Shown here: piece by piece, positions 54,233 through 64,000 of the stretch | Layout of the letters: each line of letters opens with the position of its first letter | Numbering within the stretch: position 1 is the stretch's first letter | Notes under the pieces: model-generated | Database searches by the model: none | What the model was told of the DNA's origin: nothing | What the model saw: only the letters and a program-made list of their open reading frames with translations | Made by a program: the position numbers and the translations under genes | Source of the DNA: Chlorokybus atmophyticus | Taxonomy: Eukaryota; Plantae; Mesostigma and Chlorokybus algae | Assembly (NCBI GenBank): GCA_009103225.1 | Contig: RHPI01002533.1 | Coordinates: 1,109,842 to 1,173,841, forward strand | Length of the DNA: 64,000 nucleotides | Reading direction: 5' to 3'

Positions 54233-54912
54233 CGTTCGCACACTGCTCGGCCTACCGCACCCGCTGCTGACGGGCATTGCGGCCTGCCCGTGCGGTCTCG
54301 CACTGTAAGATATTCCGCAGCTCGCAACAACCCACGTCATCCGTTGCCCATGTGGTTCCGGTGTCATTGCGACCCACGATGCAGTGAAGTACGAGGTGGG
54401 GGCCATCCTGGGAGAGGCCGGCTTCAGAGTCGCCTACGAAGTATCAAGACTACTGCCGCTGCGAGACGGGGAGACGAAAGGAAGACGCGTCAATCTACTA
54501 GTTACGGAGCCTGGATCAAACGGTCGCATTCTACTAGATGTTGTAGTGAAAGCATCCACCGTTAAGGCGGGCGCAGCCGCTAGGCAAGTGGAGGGCTGCC
54601 AAGCGCGCGAAGTACTCCGATGCCCACCGTACTAATACGTTTATCCCGCTTGCCCTCGAGACACATGGCGCCATGGGAGAGGCATCTCATAGACTCCTGC
54701 GGCGTTGTGTAACGCGTGTCGTACGTGAAAGGGACCAGGATAGAGCGCGCATACCAGGCTACCTACGCACCTACAGGCAGCGCATCGCTTGCGCCCTACA
54801 AAAGGCACAAGCAGCGGCTGTCCTTGACAAGGCGGCAGCCATGAAGGACACAACACGAGGGGCGGCCCCGTCTGGGGCGACCACGATGTCCGAGACCTTC
54901 ATGGTGGCATAG
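54233..54912 (+). mobile_element. CRE-like retrotransposon, 3' fragment: CCHC knuckle and restriction-like endonuclease
   Basis: VRTLLGLP, CPCG...THVIRC (CCHC), THDAVK, R-V-N (decayed RPD), ILLDV, KYSD..FIPLALETHGAMG, RQRIACALQKAQA; TAG at 54910. Confidence 0.82.
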
Positions 54913-55039
54913 TCGTACCGTAGGTACTCGCTTGTGTTAGCTGGTTGGGTGCTGTAACTGTATTACCACAAATACTGCCGTTGTGGCCATTTTCAATATA
55001 GTCCTTGTTGTTGTTGTTGTTTGATGGTGATAGACGGCA

Positions 55040-57190
55040 ATGGCACAGGGCGGGGCGGCGATAGCGACAGCGGTGGTGGCGGCGCCAGGCGCTTGTCTTG
55101 TAACTCCTGCCAGTGCCGAGAGCTCGAGCGGCGAGGATGCCAAGCTTCAGTAGGGCGAGTACAATGCTGTGGCCGTCTAAGTTGGTGTTTTAGCAATGTG
55201 AAACTGTCGCATAATCAAGAGTGGCTCAATTGCGTGCTTCGTGCGCACATACTTTGCTTTTGTACATTAGACATGCTTGCGGGGCATGGCTGCGTTTAAT
55301 CCGTAGAGGCAATGTGAGGTTGACAGCAGGTAGTTTGCAGATGGAGAAACACTGCCAGTGCTTAAGTGTTTGCAGCGGTCGAACGACGGCACAGGGTACT
55401 TGGGTTCCCTCAGATGTTCAATCCCAAACTACCAACGCTGGGAGTTTACCTCGAAGGCGACTCAGAATACAAAAAAGCGCACGCCAAATGTATCTCATTG
55501 TGTAAGTTGTTGAGCATGCGCGTCCAGTGGATGCACTGCCTCGTTGTGGCATTGCTGCGGGGTAGGGTGTTCAGCGTTTAGCCATACCGCAGTACACATT
55601 ATTGTTACACAACCAATGTATTATTTAGGTACACAACCAATGTAATGTTGATGTTGTGGAGGTTGTGCTCAATAACAAATGCTTTAAACATTGATTGTTG
55701 CATGAACCGCGGGTGCATGTGCAGTGTTATGGCGATGACAGTTGGAGGCATTGTTGAGCAATTGCTAATTTTTCAAGTGCTTGATGTATGATTAGTCTCG
55801 TTTTGTGTGATCGTACCACATGTTGCGCACAGGCTATGCAGGCGCACACTACCAGTTGCACGTTCATTCCTGCCAAGTCGGTCAATGTAGAACAAGCACA
55901 ACCTATGTCATAACATGCGGTCTGCTGGCACGCATGCGGGGTGGTTGCTGAGAAAGCAGAACGCAGAGGCTAGGATTGATTTTGTCTGTTCATTTGAAGC
56001 AAAGCCTGCTTACGATATCTGCCCGTTGAGCGTGTGCTTCTTTTTTACATGGACGGGGTTACACCGTATGACTACATGGCAATAGTGGGCAAGCTGAGAG
56101 TCAGTCTTTGTAAAAGCTTGCAACTGCCATGGGTTCGGTGGGCAATTGGTGTTGACACAGAACATACTGTTATGTCCGCAGGGTTACTGCTAAAGGTAAA
56201 GCTGTGTTAAGGGGTGCTGTTGTTCTAGGTAGATCAGCCTTTTCTCACCATAACATGCGTCAGGAATAGCTCATATCAAGCCTGACGGTTATGAGTCAAG
56301 GGCCAGGCTATTCACAAGATGAGTGAGATTGCGCCTCTTTCAAATATCGTCTCAATTGATGCCACTGTGTAAGTCGCTTTCTTGAGCTTGGTAGCTGTAT
56401 GCAAACGGACGGACACAGACTGCTCTGTGTTGGGCTATTAAGCTCGTACATGTCTTGTTCAGTCTTTGGTGCGTCATTCAGTTCTATTCCACATTTGTTA
56501 CTTCCTGATTAAGTGCAGCTTGCCATGGTTTTGACCTTAAAGGCAGCAGTTTTTCAAAGGAGTCCAAGCTCGGCAGAAAAGGTACAACGCATGTGTGTAC
56601 ATGCTCGCATTGTCTGAGCAGTCAATTGTACTGATGGGTTTGTTGTCTGACAAGTGCTTGGGATTACTATGACAATCTGATGGTTGATGTCTGTTAGGCT
56701 TTGGCCGACAAGAACAATGCAACGAATGGTTACATTCTGGTCCACGATCTCATATCGTTCCGAGACATCCTTGGCGACGATGACAACCTGTTGCCAGCTG
56801 CAGCATGACTTCCATCATCGAGCAAATGAGGTGTGTGTAACAGATCCATCCACATTAATGTGGCTGCCCCAATTGATATTGAATCAGATGGTGCCTGCAA
56901 TTTAGAATCAAACATGTCCTAAGTAGGGGTCACATCAGTATAACCTAACAGTATTGCAAATGATGCAGTGCACCTGTTGTGGTGCATGTTGCACGCGCCG
57001 ATGTTGCTGCTGAATTCTTGGAGGCAGCAACAGTGTTTGCCAATCCTTCCTTTAGCCAGGTTAACAACTTGTTGCTGACGTAATGGTCATATGCTGCAAT
57101 GCAAATTTGGTGAGACAAGGTGTCCTTGGCCTTGTCGTCGACTTCGAGCACAGTGGTGCAGGTGGCAGCGTCGGTTGCCGCTTCCTATAC
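55040..57190 (+). pseudogene. Possible decayed multi-exon gene of unknown identity
   Basis: Repeated CAG|...|GTAAG-bounded segments with codon-like content but in-frame stops; no motif recognised. Confidence 0.2.
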
Positions 57191-57283
57191 ACATACCTGT
57201 TGAACTGTTGTATGCATGGGACTGAGCACTCCGACTGCGCTCGCACTACCAAGTAATAGTTTTAGACTCATTACGCGCGCGGG

Positions 57284-57447
57284 NNNNNNNNNNNNNNNNN
57301 NNNNNNNNNNNNNNNNNNNNNNNNNNNNNNNNNNNNNNNNNNNNNNNNNNNNNNNNNNNNNNNNNNNNNNNNNNNNNNNNNNNNNNNNNNNNNNNNNNNN
57401 NNNNNNNNNNNNNNNNNNNNNNNNNNNNNNNNNNNNNNNNNNNNNNN
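57284..57447. other. Assembly gap (N run) flanked by G tracts; other gaps at ~18067-18112, 5288 and 5648
   Basis: N characters in the sequence, adjacent to poly-G/poly-C. Confidence 0.95.
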
Positions 57448-60400
57448 GGGGGGAGGGGGGGCAGATGAGCGCCCCATCACATGTGCACATCAATAAAGGC
57501 ACTCGACTCCCAAACCATTCAATCCTTTAGCAACTTGCAGCATTGGGGCGACCTGGCAGGCAAATATTTCAAGAGTCGCTATACATTAATCCAAGTCACC
57601 TTGCATAGCAACAACTTTGCGTCCCGCATACAGAATCACAAACAAGTATGTTTTCAAAGACATCTCCAAGTTATATTTTCACAATATAAGATGTAATAGT
57701 CACAACAATTTACAATACATGAAGACACCATTGGTAATGTTAGGTCACGCCTAACAGGCAAGGCATAAATGCTCTCAGCTGCCATAGCAGTGCTATGGTT
57801 ATAGCATGACTGTATGAGAGTTGAACTGCTTAGGTGTGTGCAGTACATAAGTGGTTCCCTCATACAGTCAATCCTTGTGCTCATGAGCCTTGGGCAAGAT
57901 GAATTGTACAAGGCACTAATAAGCAGCTTGCACGGAGTTGATCAGTGTACATGTTACAGCTGGTTGCTTATGAGACATGTGGGGTTGATGAGACATGTTA
58001 CACTAGTGAATTGTGTGTGATACAATAGTGCTTGATAAGCATAGTTGAAGTGACATGTGTCACACCATGTTGACATATGCCAGTGGCATATGCTAGTACC
58101 TCTAGAGGTCATGTGTGGCCAAGAGAATTTAATGTGTCAGCACACTGCGGGCGAAAAGGCGTTGATGGCTTTTCAGTCCACCTGTGGCCAAGTGAGAAGG
58201 CAACACGGAGGAGTATAACAGGCTAGGCCAGCATGGTGTTGGGGATTCAGTTTAAACTTAACCCATTGCTCACTTGCTGTGTGTATGGGGTGCTTGGCTT
58301 AGCTGTTAAAAGGGCCTTCCTTAACCTCATGTATGGGGCGTTTTTGGGTGTTCTACCAAGGGTTGGGTGTGTGTATCATGTAGTTGACGCCTGTATTTAA
58401 GAACAGGCGCCTCCCACTTCCTGCTACTGCTGAAGGTGTTGTTAATGGTCTTTTTTGACTACCTGTTGTTGTGGACAACCCCTGCCTAGCCGGTTGTTCG
58501 CTTGTGCATTGCTATGTGTGCATGCACATGTATGTGCATGCATAAGCCTTGCACACCGGTGTGTGTGTGTATGTCCCTTGCATGTTGAGGATGTGCATGG
58601 TCTGTGTGCATGCACAATAGCCTTGCACCTCTGCATGTGTGGCTGCATCCTCAAGGGCACATTGCATGCTCACGCATTGGATGAGCCTATGCTAACAAGC
58701 CCCTTCTATTGAGTGTTCCACACTGGTGATGATGTATTGCAGCTTTGAGTGACCCGCCTTGAGCGGAGTGATTCGTGTGATCCTCGCTTGGCTGTGGAAG
58801 CTTATGAGGACATGCTTCCCTTTGTCCGAACGACCTGTTGGTCGGGGCTACGGGGCTATTACATAAATGCACTGACTGGCATTGAGTCGCTTACATCACA
58901 CTGAGGTGGTGTTGCGACATGTTACACGTACGTAATAGATGAGTCCCCATCAGCATGTTGCAACTCTTAATGCCACTATGTACATAGGCAACGAATTTAC
59001 ATAAATGATCAGCGGCAGTGCACTATCCATAGCTGTGCACTGCTGCTAATTGCAATGCATGCACTACCACGTCTCGCATTGCTTGTATAATACTATTAAT
59101 GGTAGCGTACAATTGTGGACTCCAAGTTATGGTGGATATGCGCCCTTTTAGCTCGCAACATAAATGCCAGCGATTACATGTGGTTATATGTGGTTACAAT
59201 CTACTCGCGTTCGTGTGTCACGCCTGTTAACAGACCAATCGCATTATATTATAACAACCTATTTTTCGATATCACCTGTACATTAGGGAAACTTTTGCCA
59301 ATATAAGAACAGTAGTAATCGTTATATGAACCATCAATGGTTGTACGGCGATTTTTATAACGCACAAAGTCAATGCACTCTATTAACTTAGGTCATCTGC
59401 AATTGGACATATATCCTCACATGTATGTTGCCATAATTTTCATGCAACCGTATGTGTAATCAATTACAATATATGATTAATACCTTACAAGAGAAGTACC
59501 GTACAGCATGTACTTTTTTCATCTATAATAAAACAAGCACACTGCGTTATGAGAACAAATGTGGTGAAGACAAGTATGGCTACTGTAAAGAGAGTAGATT
59601 GTATTTACATAAAACGCTACCCATGATAGCGAACTGTCTACCAATTGCAAGATGGAACGTGTATGCGCTAATTGATACACAGATAGCAATCATTAGAGTT
59701 GTAAGTTAGCAACTCAAGTAACAAAGGGGTCAATGCAGAACAAGCAAACACACCGCACAAAGCATACAAATATTGTGGGGGCCAAGGCAGAGTTGTAGCA
59801 TTCTTTGCTGTAACTAGGACACAACACCATGTACGAACCTCAAGCAGCAACGGACAAGTGTGAGGGATGGGCGAGAGGGAGATAGTTGTAAGCATCAGCT
59901 GCAGAGCGTAGGGAGAGAGGGAGAGGGTGCAGAGGTTGGGTCCGGCCTTCAGCAGCGAGGATGGCAAGACCGATTGGACGGACGCTTGGACCGACAACAA
60001 CAACTTGGCCCCCGCAGCATCCACCCCACTACTGCCCGCATATGTTGCGCCGCCAGTGGGCCTGGGTCTTACCTGTGCACTCACAACTGCACAGTCATAT
60101 TAGCAGCGCTTGTGTCATGGCTGTAGGCATTAAAACTGCAAAGTGCGAATGCCACCAAGTCAAGCAGCAACGGCCATAGATGTAGTCGCATTGCAGCACC
60201 CTCAAAAGGTCATAAAGCACCAGCAAACCATGCACATGAGGCCTAACCATGCTGTATCAGCCACAAGCAACAACACCACTATTGCAATTGCAAGCACCCT
60301 TAACAGTGACATATGTAACAGTATGGTGAACGCTAAGGAAATGTAAGATGCAATGCAACCATAACTATTGTTTATTGTCGTTTTGGGTTATTGTGCATCA

Positions 60401-63304
60401 TAAGCGAAGCGTCAACTCATGCGAGAACCAGCTGATGTATATCGCCCGACAACGCTTAAAACTTCAATGAGTGCGTGCATACCAGGAGTGAAGCCATTAC
60501 ATATGATCATGAAACCTTTAATCTTGCCGCTTTGAATCAAACACGATGGTGTCGTGCCTTCCATTTATTGAACTCGTTGTTACGGCTCGTCTGCCTTGCC
60601 ACACATGCTATTGTACAACAAAAGATCTTGTCGTGTTGTCTCACGCATTGACTTTTATCACGTGTAGTTGACAAACACAGTGAAATCTGCGTGTCCCCTT
60701 GCAAAAGGTAGGCAAGACGACCACAATTTCACTTGTTGTAAGCTGTTCGCTCGTGTAGAGCAGTCAAAACTCAAAACCTCACTCAATATACATGCTAAGC
60801 TTGCTTAAGGTAGCCCATACGGTCTATAAAAGTCGCGCTGCTGCACAGTGACACTCACCCCTTCATGCACAGCAACGCACAGCCATGAACACGTGCACGC
60901 ACAACGTATATGCAAGCATGTGCACAAGCATCCGCTCAGCAAAAAGGTTCTTCGCAAAGGGGGTTGCTTACTTCAATAGGCCAATTTGCATCCAACAAAT
61001 CAAGAAACAAGCTAGCAAAGCCTTGTATACCACCGTTGAGCCCTAGCCCAACAAACTCTCCAACTACCCAAACTGTTGGTCTGCTACAACAAGTATGGTA
61101 ATAGACATGATGGCTTTGATATGCGACATATAATAGTCAATGGTTTGAACAAGCTTATTCAAGCTCATCCTCTTCAAGTACACCTCAAGACGCATCTATT
61201 TACGTCAATTCAAGGCCAAATCGCCACTGCAATTGCCAATTATAGTTGCTCAGGATCAACTTGAAAAATATTGCGCGGGATACCATAAAGCCTGATGAAT
61301 TATACTGTCAGCTTAATATCAATCTCTAAATACGACTCGAACACACCAGCCTTACGTCCATGAGCACTCAAACATGTGTTCCACGTGAAAACTCAACACA
61401 TAAACCCTGTAAAATGGCACAAGGAACCGAAATCTAAAGGCCTGTCTACGTCGTCATTGCCAAAGGCACCATGCAAATGACACGACATGATGGCGTATGA
61501 CCTTGATGACTTGTATAACGATGTTATTTTGTATAAAACGATGTAATCGTCATGTATCATGTGCAAATGTACACAATGGCATCTCAAATTGACTTTACCA
61601 CACTACACACTTAAACACACGTCGCACACACAATTGCAAAATACGATAAGCGCAATTGACGAAGCTGCAAATGCAGCTTCTTGCAAATTTGCGGTTCGGA
61701 CATTGGAATACACACCGTGTATGAAAGCCAATCTGTCTCCCTTTTTGCTTGCACCCGGCCTGTCTACATGTTGTTGCCACAAACTGAAAGTTCTTGACTA
61801 TTTTTTATTGCAACTCTAACGTTGGTTATGAACATTGTAGGCCCCATCCGTTTTGAGGTGCCTAAAAAACGAATAGGTAAAAACATTGTTTTCAGAATGT
61901 ATGCATGCTCATGTCGTAACGAATACATATTGTGCAAATATAAATGTTTGTTGTACCCATTGATATATTTACATAAATGGTTGACAGTGTCAACTTGACA
62001 AACATAGAAAGGTAGGTTGCTGGCAGTGGTTTGGCAAGCGTACACAGGCATTAAACACGCCAGTTGGTCGCCGCGCTGCACAGTTGTGCATGCGGCGCCG
62101 TACAGCGCGCGTGAGCCTGTCATGTCAGCCTGCGACTTGCAGGACTGTGCTTCTATTTTAAAAATCTCTGACTGCAGCGACTTACCGGAGAGCTTGTGGC
62201 TCTACGGCATCTGCATCGTTAACCATCGATGATTGCAGCCGCCTTTGCCAGACGGCCCAGATGGACGCCAGCGCCACTAATTAAAGATCTGAGACTCGCT
62301 GGATCCCCCTGCGTCATGAAAGCTTGCCAGTTTGGGCCAACTGTGAGCCAATTAAAGACTCAAGTGCTGGGTCGGACATCAAAAGCTCTGCGCGTGCGGC
62401 TGATGAACGCCCGCGCGGCCTGACACCTTCTGGAACATAGGGGGATTTACCACGCGTTTTGCATGAACTGACGCAGGGGGCGGGTGGGAAGCCAGCTCTG
62501 CTAGGGTTTCGACAATCTTGCGCATTGATTGTGGCGACTGACCCTTAAGTTGACTGTGAAGGGCACACTCCCTACTGTACCGTGGCATATTTCTGCTGCT
62601 CCGTGCACTTGTTGCTGTCGCTGTCTCTGTCTTTGGGGTCGTCTTCGCCGTCGTTGTTCCCATTGTCGTTGGGTGTTCTCTTTGCCTACGGCAAGGAGCG
62701 CTGTTGTGCGCTGCTGGGTGCAGCTGTCAAGCTGGCGTTGCTTTGGACCACGTTATCAACGGTGAGTTGTCAGCTGGTTGCCAAGCAACTGGCCTATCGT
62801 TGATGGTTGCAGACTCCTTATGCGTTGGGTTGCGTCCGTTTACGCATTCATGCTGCTGAGTTTGCCCTACTTGATGTGAACATTGCTTGGGGTGCTTGTA
62901 GTGTTTGTCTTGAGGCATGACAGTTAGGGTTGAGGTCAAAGGATGGTACTGGTGTGTTTTGGGTAGGCGTACAGTGGTGTTAACGAGTCGCTTATTATTT
63001 TGGGGCGATGCGTTTACAAACCTGTAGAATTAGTTGCAGCGGTCAGTTTTTTGCATTGTGCAAGCGCAGCGGTCTACTCGGTTACACTGCTTGCACGCTT
63101 GCTCTTGTTTGTCGCATATATGTACAAGCACATGAGAGTGGCATCATGTCACCATCCATCATAGGTAGTTGCATAGTCTTGCATACGCAAATGACGTTGC
63201 CACCGCTGCAGAGTAAGAACTGCGCGCTTGCTCTTCTTTGTCATATTGTATGCAAGCACATCATAGTAGCATTCTGTCACAAATGGTAGTTGCACAGGCA
63301 GCTG

Positions 63305-63334
63305 ATGACGTTGTGGCCGCCGCAGAGTAATTGA
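63305..63334 (+). promoter_or_regulatory. Tiny uORF (MTLWPPQSN*) ending 2 nt before the SAMDC peptide uORF
   Basis: ATG at 63305, TGA at 63332-63334, then CC and the ATG at 63337. Confidence 0.6.
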
Positions 63335-63336
63335 CC

Positions 63337-63576
63337 ATGGAGACCAAGGGTGGCAAGTCAAAGACCACGTACTCTGAGTTTCGCCTGCAATATATTGTGG
63401 AAGACGTGCGCGCAGACGGAATCCCTAAGTTTCACACTGCTGCATACGCAGACGTAAGTGATGTGGTATTACGCAAGCTTCTTGGTGTGTCTGTTTGCAC
63501 GTTTTCTCAAGCTGAAGATCAATCACGGGTACTGACATGGTGTTGTATTGTGCAGTGTGTGCGAAAGCCTTCCTGA
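63337..63576 (+). CDS. Conserved-peptide uORF of SAMDC (45 aa, one intron 63454-63555)
   Basis: Spliced product METKGGKSKTTYSEFRLQYIVEDVRADGIPKFHTAAYAD|CVRKPS*. It resembles the plant SAMDC leader peptide (MESKGGKK...Y.IEDVRP.GGIKKF.S..YSNC.K.PS). Confidence 0.9.
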   Translation: METKGGKSKTTYSEFRLQYIVEDVRADGIPKFHTAAYADVSDVVLRKLLGVSVCTFSQAEDQSRVLTWCCIVQCVRKPS

Positions 63577-63732
63577 TAGCGGTTAAGTAGTTTAGCTTTT
63601 TCCCCTGCTGAGGCTATTTAGGAGCAGCCCGCGCCAAGACGGCAGCGGGCCAAGTCCGGGTCACCCCACCCACCCATCCACCCTTTGTCGGGTGCTATCG
63701 CTTCGTGTGTGTCTGTCTAGTTTCCAGCTGCC

Positions 63733-64000
63733 ATGGGAATGCCTGACATTCACGGAGACGAGCCGGTCGCTGTGCCTCCCACTTCGGTGGTGGAGTGCCT
63801 CCCGGCTCCAGGTTTTGAGGGTTTCGAGAAGCGCCTCGAACTGGATTTCTACCCGCCCAAGTCACGATCTGACAAGGGCCTACGACAGTTGACTCGACCC
63901 CAGCTGGACAAGATGTTACAGATTGCCGAGTGCACCATTATTTCCCAGCTGAGCAACGACTTTTTTGACTCCTATGTGTTGTCGGAGTCGAGTCTCTTTG
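63733..64000 (+). CDS. SAMDC: S-adenosylmethionine decarboxylase proenzyme, 5' part (runs off the window)
   Basis: [39 protein letters not shown] (pyruvoyl cleavage site LSE/SSL). Confidence 0.96.
   Translation, partial: MGMPDIHGDEPVAVPPTSVVECLPAPGFEGFEKRLELDFYPPKSRSDKGLRQLTRPQLDKMLQIAECTIISQLSNDFFDSYVLSESSLF

Noticed and set aside
57500-62000. AT-richer stretch with stop-riddled ORF-like segments, considered as an endogenous giant-virus or old TE remnant
   Set aside because: No recognisable motif in any frame I translated; needs tBLASTx to say anything.

Overview
Eukaryotic, intron-rich green-lineage genomic DNA, probably an early-diverging streptophyte or green alga. This is inferred from the plastid-targeted nuclear genes, telo-boxes and a plant-type SAMDC peptide uORF. 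The window opens with the decayed 3' half of a Ty3/Gypsy retrotransposon (RT-RNaseH-integrase-PHD finger, PPT, LTR). A block of nine spliced housekeeping genes follows: plastid DnaJ, UCH, plastid PFK, a PebA/PUBS-type bilin reductase, TAF11, plastid S13, CCB4, squalene epoxidase and RINT1/TIP20. Next is a ~15 kb nested transposon pile (40-55 kb), and the window ends with the 5' end of SAMDC and its uORFs. The main discovery candidate lies in the pile. A ~10 kb CACTA/Plavaka-type DNA transposon (42936-52896) splits a CRE-like non-LTR retrotransposon. Besides its transposase it carries a convergent, spliced cargo gene. Removing two GT-AG introns gives Cys/His zinc finger + Tudor domain + a compact bacterial/phage-type DNA cytosine-5 methyltransferase. 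This copy is pseudogenised by frameshifts. All assignments come from manual translation and motif recognition; no database search was run.
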